Part shown: one piece after another, positions 1 to 9,107 of the stretch
How positions within the stretch are numbered: the first letter of the stretch is position 1
Layout of the letters: each line of letters starts with the position of its first letter
Assembly (NCBI GenBank): GCA_963677495.2
Contig: CAXXOU010000002.1
Location: 160,001 to 224,000 of the forward strand
Source: Candidatus Cloacimonadales bacterium
GTDB taxonomy: Bacteria > Cloacimonadota > Cloacimonadia > Cloacimonadales > JAFGVF01
DNA length: 64,000 nucleotides
Reading direction: 5' to 3'
Translations under genes and position numbers: made by a program
The notes under the pieces: model-generated
The model's database searches: none
Told to the model about the DNA's origin: nothing
Seen by the model: the letters and a program-made list of their open reading frames with translations, nothing else

Positions 1-3000
1 GATATTCTCAACACTAACAATAATCTGGTTCGTGAGAGCGTTGAGAAGATTGTTTATCTGATCATTGAAGTAATAGCTTTCATGATTTGAGAACAGAAGT
101 ATCACACCAAGCGACTGGTTTCTCATGTTCATGGGGAAAGTTATAACATGGTTATATTTCTTTGCTTCCTGTGGCTGTTTAAGACTAAGACGTTTCTTCT
201 GACTGTAAGTCTCTATAACTTTTTCCATGAAGAAATCATAAGCCGGATCCTTGAACGTAAAGTTTCTGAAGAGTTTGTACTCCCAACTTTCAGGCATACT
301 TTCAGCGTTATACAGACATAGTATCCCACCATCGGCATCAGAGATGTTGATTATCTCATCAATAGCAGTATTAAGAAGCAGATCAAAGTCATGAATCTCA
401 TTTAACATCTCAGAGATAGCATAAAACTTATCTAGGATACTTTCCTGATACTTAGCTTCATCAACTTTCTTCTTGTAATCCTTATTTATCTTCTCATACA
501 GCAAGTCGTTCTGCTCAAGAATCTTGATTGAACCGAAGTTCTTTATCACACTCTTATTAGATTTAAGGATACTAAGTGCTTCCTCGGAATCACCCATTTC
601 AGCAACAATGTTTGCAAGTTCATAGTTTGCTTCAGCCAGCTCATATATCTTGTTATGCTTTTCAAATATCTCAACTGCTTTCTCTAAATGGCTTTTTGCT
701 TTAGCAAGATCTTTACGGTCAAGTCTTGCTCTTAGAACCCAAGTATTTCCAATTTCAAACTCATTGTTTAGTTCTTTTGCTAGATCATAAGACATCTTCA
801 AGTAGTAATCAGCACTTTCATGGTTCATTGTAACAATGAAGTATACAGCTTGTTTCTGACAACCTTCAATTATCTCATTCTTTGCTTCGAGAGCCTTAAA
901 ATAGTCGAAACTTTCAACTAGATAGCGATAAGCTTCTTTGAACTTATGCATTTTGGTTAAAGTAGAACCCAGATTTCCGTAAATCTGTGCTTGGATATAC
1001 TCATCATTAATTTGAGGAAGTAGCTCTAAACCTTTAAAATAGAGATCATAAGCAATGTTTAGCTCTCCTCTTTTTTCGTAAAGTTCACCTAAGTTTATAT
1101 ATGATCTGATAAGACCATCAACGAAATCAGTTTCTTCTGACTTCTCGATAGCACGCTCATAAGTATCGATTGCCTCATTCCATTTACCTTGTTGGAAGTA
1201 GAGGGCACCGATATTGTTTAACGTTGCAATAGTGTTTCTGTGGAAGCTAAAGTTTATTGCAGTTTGAAGAGACTTATTATATGCTTCTTCTGCTTTCTCA
1301 AACTCACTGTTATCCATGTGAGTAACGCCAATGTTATTATAAATATTCGTTATATTGTATGGATCGCTAAGCAGCTTCTGAATGTTCAATCCTTGGTATA
1401 GGTAATAGATAGATTTTTCTTTATCACCTTTATCATCCATTAAACCACCAAGATTGTTGTAACAGATAGACATACCATTCAGATTATAACGAGATTTCTC
1501 TATCTCTAGCGATTTTAGGAATAGTTCTTCACTTTCTTCCCAATCACCACTAAGCATTGGAATAACTGCAAGGTTGTTATAAATTGCGGCTAACCCACTA
1601 ATCACGTTTCCTTGCTCAAAATATGACTTTGCATCGTTGAAACAGTTCTCTGCATGGTCCCAATCATTGGAATAGTAATAAATCTTACCTCTGGCTTTAT
1701 GACAGTTGCCAAGAACCATGTTTCTTGTCTTTTCATCTTCTATCTTGAAAGCTGCTTGAAGTGCTTTGTCGAGTTCAGGCATAGCATTTCCGAACTCCTC
1801 TTTTTCTGTGAGGATTTCAGCTTTAAGAATTAACAAGTTAGCTTTAAATGTATTCTCGAGTTCATCATAGGAGTATTTCTTAATAATCTCCAGTGCAAAG
1901 TTAGATGAATTTATCAAAGACAAGTTTTGTGCTAAAAGATATACCGTTTCCTGATTCGGGAGGTCTTTCTCTGTGCTAAGTTGTAAGCAGTTTCTGAATG
2001 TATTAGCAGCTTCCTGATACTTCTTAAGGTTCTGATATGTTTTCCCCATCTCTACCATAAGAACTAGTTTATTCTCTGCTTTCTTAGTTTTCTTAAGTGA
2101 GTATTCCAGTATCTCTAATAGATTCTCATTATTGCAGATGTTTTGTAACTCTTTTCTTGTTTCTGCAAATACTGTACTTTCATATTTATCTAAAGAAGTT
2201 AGGTATATTGATAAGTGAGGGAGAGGTGTCTTTGCTTTCTTCAAGAACTCAAGAATTGTATTTGTGTAGTCAACTCTTGCATCTTTTTGAAGATCTTTAA
2301 ACCAACCTTGGAAATGGTCCGGACTGATAACGCATAGTCGGCCATGATAATCTCTTACAAAGCTCTTTTTACTAAGAATCTCTAAACTGTTTTTAAACTT
2401 GGTTTTACCAAGGATAGTTTGTATCTCTTCAGTACTAATCCTTCCATCAGACAATGAAATAAGGCTGATTAACTGACGCTCTGAATCGGACAGCTGATTA
2501 AGGAACATAGCATAGAAATCGGTATCTTGTGTCTTCTCTTCAACATACTTAAGAATATCAAAACGATTCCCATTTCTATATTCATCTGAATTCATTATGT
2601 CTATAAGTATTAATTCAAGAGTGAGCATATTACCTTGTGTAATATTCCAAAGAATCTCACTTTCGAATACAAAGTCAGAATTCTTAGCAGGGAACACATC
2701 TTGTATAATAGTGGTAATACCTTGAATCGACAACTCATGAAGACGCTCAACATGTGAGATGTGAAAATCATGCTCTTTTGTGAAAGCAAAGACCTTAATA
2801 CCAATATCTTCAGCGTATTGTACTAGGAATTGTATGAACTTTCTTGAGTGCTCAGTTAAGAAATCTCCATCCATCACAAGCAGTGTGATTGATCGGAAAT
2901 AATAATCTCTATTGATTATCTCTGTTAAATAGAAGAAGAAATCGTAATCACAGGTAAACTCATATTCTGAGCTCTTTAAAATGATTTCATCGTACTCTTG

Positions 3001-3261
3001 TTCAGTTAGATTTGTTACAGCTAACACTAAATCTTTAAGCTGGTTCCAAGAATAGATTCTTGGATGGTAACAATAAAAGTCCATCTTTCGTTTTATCAAT
3101 TCCTGTTCGAGGTACTCTAACAAGAGATATTTACCGGTACCGGTGTAACCGATAATCTCTATTATCTCACTCTTCGAATCACCATCACTAAAAATCTTAC
3201 TATAGCTGTTGAAATCTTCAGCTAAATAACTGCTTATTATATTTTCTAAGCCTTTGCTCAT
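1..3261 (-). CDS. Large STAND-type P-loop NTPase / TPR / GAF signalling protein (3' end runs off the window)
   Basis: ATG at 3261 (MSKGLENIISSYL...). P-loop-like IIGYTGTGK near the N-terminus, many TPR-like helices, GAF-like C-terminal part ending ...LLNALTNQIIVSVENI at the edge. Same frame at both ends; absent from the ORF track because there is no stop in the window. Confidence 0.8.
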   Translation of the reverse strand, partial: MSKGLENIISSYLAEDFNSYSKIFSDGDSKSEIIEIIGYTGTGKYLLLEYLEQELIKRKMDFYCYHPRIYSWNQLKDLVLAVTNLTEQEYDEIILKSSEYEFTCDYDFFFYLTEIINRDYYFRSITLLVMDGDFLTEHSRKFIQFLVQYAEDIGIKVFAFTKEHDFHISHVERLHELSIQGITTIIQDVFPAKNSDFVFESEILWNITQGNMLTLELILIDIMNSDEYRNGNRFDILKYVEEKTQDTDFYAMFLNQLSDSERQLISLISLSDGRISTEEIQTILGKTKFKNSLEILSKKSFVRDYHGRLCVISPDHFQGWFKDLQKDARVDYTNTILEFLKKAKTPLPHLSIYLTSLDKYESTVFAETRKELQNICNNENLLEILEYSLKKTKKAENKLVLMVEMGKTYQNLKKYQEAANTFRNCLQLSTEKDLPNQETVYLLAQNLSLINSSNFALEIIKKYSYDELENTFKANLLILKAEILTEKEEFGNAMPELDKALQAAFKIEDEKTRNMVLGNCHKARGKIYYYSNDWDHAENCFNDAKSYFEQGNVISGLAAIYNNLAVIPMLSGDWEESEELFLKSLEIEKSRYNLNGMSICYNNLGGLMDDKGDKEKSIYYLYQGLNIQKLLSDPYNITNIYNNIGVTHMDNSEFEKAEEAYNKSLQTAINFSFHRNTIATLNNIGALYFQQGKWNEAIDTYERAIEKSEETDFVDGLIRSYINLGELYEKRGELNIAYDLYFKGLELLPQINDEYIQAQIYGNLGSTLTKMHKFKEAYRYLVESFDYFKALEAKNEIIEGCQKQAVYFIVTMNHESADYYLKMSYDLAKELNNEFEIGNTWVLRARLDRKDLAKAKSHLEKAVEIFEKHNKIYELAEANYELANIVAEMGDSEEALSILKSNKSVIKNFGSIKILEQNDLLYEKINKDYKKKVDEAKYQESILDKFYAISEMLNEIHDFDLLLNTAIDEIINISDADGGILCLYNAESMPESWEYKLFRNFTFKDPAYDFFMEKVIETYSQKKRLSLKQPQEAKKYNHVITFPMNMRNQSLGVILLFSNHESYYFNDQINNLLNALTNQIIVSVENI

Positions 3262-3570
3262 TGTTACCTGCTTATTTTTTAATTATGCTCTCAAGAAAAC
3301 CCAACTGTTAACAAAGTAACCAATACATGAATCTGAAATGTGAAGTCAAGAGCATTTTTATAAATTTCAATAGTAAGATAGAACGTGGTGGCGACTAAGT
3401 ATTGAATACTAATGGATTACATTACTGTAAACAAACTTAACAATAATGAATAAGGAAATCCAGTATGAGTAGAACTTACTATGAATATGATTAAATAATT
3501 GGTAATGATTTATGATTATAGTTTACTTTATCTACAGCTTATTGTACACACATAATAATTGTAAACAGTG

Positions 3571-3906
3571 TTAACCTACTCTTCGTTTTCTTTCCTTATG
3601 ATAGATTCTGTAGTTGTTTGCCACTACTAAGCTAAAGATAGCATCAGCAATTGCAAAGACTGCTCTAAAGCCTTTAATGTCATCCTTTAAGTACTGAGTA
3701 ACAAATATAATAAAAGGTATTAATATTCCAACTTTAATTATAACGATTCCCCTTTTTACTCCAAACTTCTTCATTATCATTCTTGCAAATGGGTTTCTTT
3801 CTTGTCGGTACCTATTTGGTTTTAGCACAAGCCAGGTGGAATGAGCGTCTAAGGCATTTAGTACCCCAAAAACTAAGAGTAGAAAATAGGAAATAAATCC
3901 TTTCAT
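3571..3906 (-). CDS. Small membrane protein, DUF5658-like
   Basis: 111 aa; LNALDAHSTW...ERNPFAR motif and about three hydrophobic segments; coupled to the upstream gene. Confidence 0.65.
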   Translation of the reverse strand: MKGFISYFLLLVFGVLNALDAHSTWLVLKPNRYRQERNPFARMIMKKFGVKRGIVIIKVGILIPFIIFVTQYLKDDIKGFRAVFAIADAIFSLVVANNYRIYHKERKRRVG

Positions 3907-4454
3907 TATAGTCCTAGACTCTCTGCTTTTGCAGTCATTGCATTTAAAGAAAGCTCTAAGAAATCTATGAGCTCAATTCCAAGTACTTCACAGTAACTAA
4001 CTTGTTCCCTTGAAACTCCTGCAGCAAAGTTCTTTGATTTAAACTTCTTCTTAAGTGATTTGAGCTTTACTTGCTCTAGCTTTTTGTCCGGTTGCATCAA
4101 TGCTGTTGCAGTGATTAGACCGTTTACAGGATCAGCAATCCATAGACACTTCTCTATCTGAGTCTCAAGTTCTTTATGCTTATTATGAGCTTTGATTGCA
4201 TCAAGTGCATGTTGAGGTAAGTCAATATCCGCTAAGAGTTCCATTGCTTTAAGAGCATGCTGGTCAAAGTCTTCACCAATAATATCAAGGTCAATATCAT
4301 GTAATAGGCCTGTGAGATAGTACTCATCTCTATTCTCATTAAATCTTTCAGCTAATGCTTCCATAACATAAGCAGTTGCAAGACAGTGCTTAATAGTATT
4401 TGGGGTAGTAACGTGCTTTTTCAACAGTTCAAAAGCTTCATCTCTTTTTATCAT
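3906..4454 (-). CDS. HD/HDIG-domain metal-dependent phosphohydrolase
   Basis: HCLA...GLLHDID...IKAHN...ADPVNGLI and KKFKSKNFAAGVSRE motifs. Confidence 0.9.
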   Translation of the reverse strand: MIKRDEAFELLKKHVTTPNTIKHCLATAYVMEALAERFNENRDEYYLTGLLHDIDLDIIGEDFDQHALKAMELLADIDLPQHALDAIKAHNKHKELETQIEKCLWIADPVNGLITATALMQPDKKLEQVKLKSLKKKFKSKNFAAGVSREQVSYCEVLGIELIDFLELSLNAMTAKAESLGL

Positions 4455-5254
4455 GATTTTTTATCTCCATATTTTCTGAGTATTTCATAAGCTGTAACAG
4501 CATAGCTAACAGCCACGTTCAATGAGTTCTTTCTACCTCTCACAGGTATCCTTAATATGTTATCACACATCTGCAATATCTCCGGTGATAGCCCCAGAGC
4601 TTCATTACCCATAACTATTGCTAATGGTGTTTTTAAGTCGTATTCATACAAGTTAATGCTTGGTTCAGCTGTCTCCATTGCAACTATTGCATATCCGTCT
4701 TGTCTCAACTTTTCAATAGCAAAAGAAGTCTCTGCAATGTATTCCCATTCAACTAATTTTGCAGTACCCATTGAAGTTTCAACCACATCACTCATCTCAG
4801 GGGTTGGAGTGATGCCACAACAATATATTTTACTGGCATTTACACATTCAGTAGTTCTAAATATTGATCCTACGTTGAAACTTGATCGTAAGTTATCTAA
4901 AACTACGACAATAGGCAATGGTTGTGTTTCACTCGTTTGCTTATCTCTAGTATATATTTGCAGTTCATTCTCTTTAAAACGGTCATTAAGTTTGTTTCTT
5001 AAATCAGCTAGATTCAATGAAAACAATCGTTTATCATCAAGGCATTTTGAAAGTTCTTCATACATTCCGGAGAATTCAAAAGATGAATCGATATAAGCTA
5101 AGCAACTAGTATAAGATTGTTTAAGTTCTAAGAATCGAGTACAGTCATTTCTTGAAAGTTCTATTGCTTTTAAAATCTCCAGTAAGATCCTTAGTTGTTT
5201 TTCAAGATTAAAGCTCTTGAATTTCTTTTCTGAGTATATTAAACGTTTTTGCAC
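4451..5254 (-). CDS. TrmH/SpoU-family RNA methyltransferase
   Basis: LDNLRSSFNVGSIFRT, VMGNEALG and SLNVAVS SPOUT motifs. Confidence 0.92.
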   Translation of the reverse strand: MQKRLIYSEKKFKSFNLEKQLRILLEILKAIELSRNDCTRFLELKQSYTSCLAYIDSSFEFSGMYEELSKCLDDKRLFSLNLADLRNKLNDRFKENELQIYTRDKQTSETQPLPIVVVLDNLRSSFNVGSIFRTTECVNASKIYCCGITPTPEMSDVVETSMGTAKLVEWEYIAETSFAIEKLRQDGYAIVAMETAEPSINLYEYDLKTPLAIVMGNEALGLSPEILQMCDNILRIPVRGRKNSLNVAVSYAVTAYEILRKYGDKKS

Positions 5255-5265
5255 GTATCTTATTA

Positions 5266-6567
5266 TCAGCTTCTGAAATCTACTTCTGAGGTCTTAATAT
5301 GCAGATCTCGTTGTGGGAAAGGAATCTCAATATTGTTCTCTTTAAATGCGTCCCAGATTGCTAAAAGGACTTCTGAACGAACGTTAATGATCCCTTTCTG
5401 AGGGTCGCGAATCCAAAATTGTAGTTCAAAGTTAACAGAACTATCCCCAAAATCCAATAGAAAGCTTTCCGGTTTCGGACGTTTTAGTACACGATCAAAA
5501 TTCTGTGGAATGGTTTCTAGTATCTCTTTAACTCTATGGATGTCTGAATTATATGATACACCAATATTTGCATTTACTCTAATTAGTCTATTACTGTGGG
5601 ACCAGTTCACAACAGGTTTAGAAATAAACTCCTCATTAGGTATAAGAATCTCTTTTCCCTCACGAGTAACAATCGAAGTATATCGACTACTCATCTCTTT
5701 CACTGATCCAAATGTATCTCCTGTTTCAATCACGTCACCGGGTTTAATCGAATCATCCAACAGCAGTGTGAAACCACTGAGCAGGTTAGAGAATATCTTC
5801 TGCAGTCCAATACCGATACCAAGACCTATACCACCGGTAAAAAGAGAAAGTGTTGTCATACTTATTCCAAGACTTCCCATTAACATAAATCCGGCAAACG
5901 CATAGATGAAGTAGGTAATTACTTTACTCAACAGAACTTGCATTGTTGGACGTAAAGACTTACTGTTTTTTAGTCTTACATCGAGGAAATGAAGTATTTT
6001 CTTCATCAACCAGAAGAGGAAAATAGCGAGTATAAAAGTGATTATGATAGAGTAAAGCTCTAGGTTTACTTCTCCGAAGTTCAGTTTAATCTTTTGAAGC
6101 ATCTCCTTCGTTCTTTCCCATACTCCAAGAATACTAAGAATTGCTCTAACCCAGAACCAGACCTGAATCACCTTTTTCACAAACATATGGTCAATAATCA
6201 GTGTAGTTAACTTTATAATTAACCATATCTGATAGAAGTTAGCAACAATCTTAATGAACGATACAGGCAGCTTCGCATACATCAATATCTGACTTGCAAC
6301 ACTCAAGAAAATGATTGTAATGATTGGGCTTACAAATCTGTAAACATACTCCATGAACTTCTTGGTTTTAGGATGATCTTCATTAATCTTAATCTTCTTA
6401 AGAGCGATATTAATTATCTTAGTTAGTGGATAAGATGCTACTATTGATGCTGCAACAACTGCCAATTGGATAAGGATGTTCCAACCGGTGAAGTTGTTCA
6501 TCAAGAGTTGGTAAAACTCTTTAAGATACTCTAAAACTATTGCTTGAACTTCTGTGTAATCTGTCAT
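5266..6567 (-). CDS. Small-conductance mechanosensitive channel (MscS family)
   Basis: Multiple TM helices; GIGLGIGLQKIFSNLLSG, IKPGDVIE, FGDSSVNFEL and IPFPQRDLH motifs. Confidence 0.95.
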   Translation of the reverse strand: MTDYTEVQAIVLEYLKEFYQLLMNNFTGWNILIQLAVVAASIVASYPLTKIINIALKKIKINEDHPKTKKFMEYVYRFVSPIITIIFLSVASQILMYAKLPVSFIKIVANFYQIWLIIKLTTLIIDHMFVKKVIQVWFWVRAILSILGVWERTKEMLQKIKLNFGEVNLELYSIIITFILAIFLFWLMKKILHFLDVRLKNSKSLRPTMQVLLSKVITYFIYAFAGFMLMGSLGISMTTLSLFTGGIGLGIGIGLQKIFSNLLSGFTLLLDDSIKPGDVIETGDTFGSVKEMSSRYTSIVTREGKEILIPNEEFISKPVVNWSHSNRLIRVNANIGVSYNSDIHRVKEILETIPQNFDRVLKRPKPESFLLDFGDSSVNFELQFWIRDPQKGIINVRSEVLLAIWDAFKENNIEIPFPQRDLHIKTSEVDFRS

Positions 6568-7667
6568 TATTTAATTAAATCCCTGTATAGTTGTTCAATT
6601 TGTTTCTGTGAAACTTCGAAAGGATTAAGTGCCATATTACGACTTCCCATCACTTCCTTAACTCGTTTTGATATGAACTCTTCAGTCATCTCCATCTCTG
6701 GAGCATCTAACTTGAAATCATCAAGCCATGCATAAAACTCTAACTTTGTCATCTTGATATTCTCAAACAGGTCATCCAATTCTCTTTTGATATGTGGATA
6801 ATAAAGCTCCATCATTGCTTTCATAAAGATACCGTTTGAGAGACCGTGTGAAACACCAAAGACTGTTGTTACAGGGTATCCAATTGAGTGCTGTAATGTT
6901 GTGCTTGAGTGCGAAATGACCATGCCACCGTACAAAGCAGCTTGCATCATTGCAGCTCTAGCTTTCAGGTTATTCGGTTCTTTTATAGCTGTTTTGAGGT
7001 TGTCGATAACCAGCCTTACACCTTTATAAATGAGGGGGTAGGTAAGCTTTTCTCGTTTGTTTGAATATAACCCTTCTAATAAGTGACTTAAGGCATCGAT
7101 TCCGGTGTCTCGTGTGACTTTTGCTGGCATAGAACATGTATATGTAGGATCACAAAACGATATGTTTGGGAAGATTGCCGGTGAACCAAACCCGGCTTTT
7201 TTACTTCTTTCAACATCTGTTATAACGCTATATGGTGTTGCTTCAGTTCCTGTTCCACTTGTAGTAGGTACTGCAATAATTGGCAATGCTACATCATAGA
7301 AGTTAGGGTCAAAAATGTCTCTCAATCTTATGTTGTTTTTCCCTAAGACAGCAATCGCTTTTGCTGCATCTATTGGACTTCCACCACCTATTGCTATTAC
7401 ATAATCACATCTATTATTCTTGCAGATTGCTCTACCTTCTGCAACTGAATCCAATGTTGGATTCTCCACTATTTTATCAAAGATAACGTATTCTTGGTTA
7501 AGCTCTTCAAGTGCTGCGATAATATCATCCAATGCTCCTGATTTCTTAGCTGAACTTTTACCCGTTACGATTAATGGTTTTCTTCCTAGTTTTCTTATTA
7601 ATCTTGTATTTTCTTGAATGCATCCCTGTCCGAATATGACTCTACTTGGCATAAAAAATGAATTCAT
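6567..7667 (-). CDS. Iron-containing alcohol dehydrogenase
   Basis: GGGSPIDAAK, PTTSGTGTE, DALSHLLE and HSIGY...HG motifs. Confidence 0.95.
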   Translation of the reverse strand: MNSFFMPSRVIFGQGCIQENTRLIRKLGRKPLIVTGKSSAKKSGALDDIIAALEELNQEYVIFDKIVENPTLDSVAEGRAICKNNRCDYVIAIGGGSPIDAAKAIAVLGKNNIRLRDIFDPNFYDVALPIIAVPTTSGTGTEATPYSVITDVERSKKAGFGSPAIFPNISFCDPTYTCSMPAKVTRDTGIDALSHLLEGLYSNKREKLTYPLIYKGVRLVIDNLKTAIKEPNNLKARAAMMQAALYGGMVISHSSTTLQHSIGYPVTTVFGVSHGLSNGIFMKAMMELYYPHIKRELDDLFENIKMTKLEFYAWLDDFKLDAPEMEMTEEFISKRVKEVMGSRNMALNPFEVSQKQIEQLYRDLIK

Positions 7668-7767
7668 TATTACTCCACATATTGTTTTGTTATTAATCTT
7701 ATATTAATTCTAAAGCTGTCAAATGAAATCTGATTCATTCCAATAGCAAACTATCAATCAAAACGTA

Positions 7768-7925
7768 GTCATCCCACTGTTTTCCCACTGTGCAAGCACT
7801 GTGCACCCAGTGAAACAGTGGGTTAGCAGTGCCTTCACAGTGCGTGCACAGTGGGAGCACAGTGCGTTGGTGGATAGAGCAGTAAAAGTGAGTAAAAAGG
7901 GCAATAAATATAGCTAAGTTATTGA
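7768..7925. repeat. Fold-back element with 11-bp-phased CACTG/CAGTG core; inverted copy at 53730-53885
   Basis: CACTG at 7775, 7786, 7797, then CAGTG at 7808, 7816, 7827, 7838, 7849, 7860. The flank GGGCAATAAATATAGCTAAGTTATTG is shared with the 53.7-kb copy. Confidence 0.9.
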
Positions 7926-7948
7926 AAAAGGCACTGTGTATGTATTCA

Positions 7949-8187
7949 GAAGCGGTCACCATTACGACCAACGGGAGTTCGGGGAATTGCGACTTAGAAG
8001 TACGAAATGTATAAGCTCCGCAATTCCCCAAGCTCGCAAACTCGCACTGGTGACTGCTGCTTTAGCTCGTGTCCATGAGAGCTTGCGACTTCGACGCAAA
8101 GCGAAAGAAGGCAAGCTAATCAGACTTAAGTGGTAAAAATTCAGCTTGGAGTCGAACTCCCGTTGGTCGTATGGACTCTAGCTTTTG
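7949..8187. repeat. Dispersed palindromic element (CGACCAACGGGAG family)
   Basis: Internal inverted repeat TACGACCAACGGGAGTTCG / CGAACTCCCGTTGGTCGTA. Reverse complement matches 16887-17102; fragments at 11739-11797, 23798-23860 and 53607-53700. Confidence 0.85.
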
Positions 8188-8395
8188 TGTTTATGATACA
8201 AGCCCTTTTGTGTTTCTGATACCAGCCCTTGGGACTGAAACTGAATAGCTATGGGCGCAAGCCCATAGAATGGTAAAGCCAAATACCCCAGCCCTTTATG
8301 GGCTGAATGTTAAACGCTAATCCTGAATGAAAGGGTTACCTGTGAATAGTCCCGAATACGATTAGAGGTTCTTGTATACAATAAGTCACTACCCC

Positions 8396-8524
8396 AATCG
8401 GTTGCATTTGGATTGGTGTTGTAGATTGCTGTTTAAAACATATTCGACCCCGTTGGTGTCGTCTGTTTGTTGGTATTCTCCTAACCATGTATTCCATGGC
8501 TACTCACATTTTATCCCGCTGGGA
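8396..8524. repeat. About 130-bp REP-doublet-like element (CCCCAACGGGG / GGCTACTCACAT family)
   Basis: Reverse complement aligns with 17374-17500; partial copy at 24565-24650. Confidence 0.8.
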
Positions 8525-8677
8525 TAATGACCACCTACTCGTACTCCTTTTAGTCGAATGGACTCGTGCTTAGGATATCGGAATATAAACCCCCAAAAAA
8601 ACATTTGGCACTAGCAACAATTACCACTATAATGTAAAACAAGAACTAAACATGGTATGTAAACACGAAGATTCTTA

Positions 8678-8840
8678 TTGACATCTTTGTGTTGATTTTA
8701 AAGTTCAGAATAAGATTGAATCCTGAGATTAAGGTGAAAACTGAGGTCAAGGGGTGGAAAGATCACTAAAAGCTACTGCTCCGCCATAGGAGTATTAGAT
8801 AGATTAACTCCATTCCAGCCTCGGAATAGGAGTTTTTTTA
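8678..8840 (+). promoter_or_regulatory. Promoter plus structured leader ending in a terminator / RBS-sequestering hairpin (putative attenuator)
   Basis: TTGACA at 8678. Hairpin TGCTCC/GGAGTA at about 8777-8794. Stem AACTCC-ATTCC/GGAAT-A-GGAGTT (8806-8834) runs into T7 ending 2 nt before the ATG at 8841, with the AGGAG RBS inside the stem. Confidence 0.6.
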
Positions 8841-9089
8841 ATGGAAAAATTAATTAGAACGATTACGATTACTGTAACAGACCGAGAAGCTGCTTACAAC
8901 CCCGTAAACTCTCTTGTGCATGACATTGCACACAACATCCGCTTGCGTACCGGCTATCCAATGCCGGATAAGAACGCATCAATTCTATTTCTTATTGTTG
9001 AACTTACAAATGATGAACTCGGAGCTTTCTCCGGGAGATTAGGGCAAATACCATCAGTCTCAGTCAAATCAACTACGCTTAAAATATAA
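8841..9089 (+). CDS. TM1266-family iron-only hydrogenase system putative regulator (ACT-like)
   Basis: 82 aa; IRLRTGYP and ELGAFSGRLGQIPSVSVKS motifs; directly upstream of hydG. Confidence 0.88.
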   Translation: MEKLIRTITITVTDREAAYNPVNSLVHDIAHNIRLRTGYPMPDKNASILFLIVELTNDELGAFSGRLGQIPSVSVKSTTLKI

Positions 9090-9107
9090 AAAAAAGATAA
9101 AGAGGTA

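Noticed and set aside
7735..8136. Short ORFs 7735-8031, 7936-8136, 17165-17398 and 53535-53968
   Set aside because: They lie entirely within palindromic repeats and have no RBS or protein-like composition.
8182..8230. Two 23-bp direct repeats (CTTTTGTGTTT.TGATAC.AGCC) as iterons or a mini-CRISPR
   Set aside because: Only two adjacent copies with no spacer and no rep gene; a simple local duplication.
8741..8780. c-di-GMP-I riboswitch or T-box in the hyd leader
   Set aside because: Only fragments resemble them (GAAAGAT...AAAGCTA; GGGTGGAA). The required stems and the UGGNACC motif are absent.
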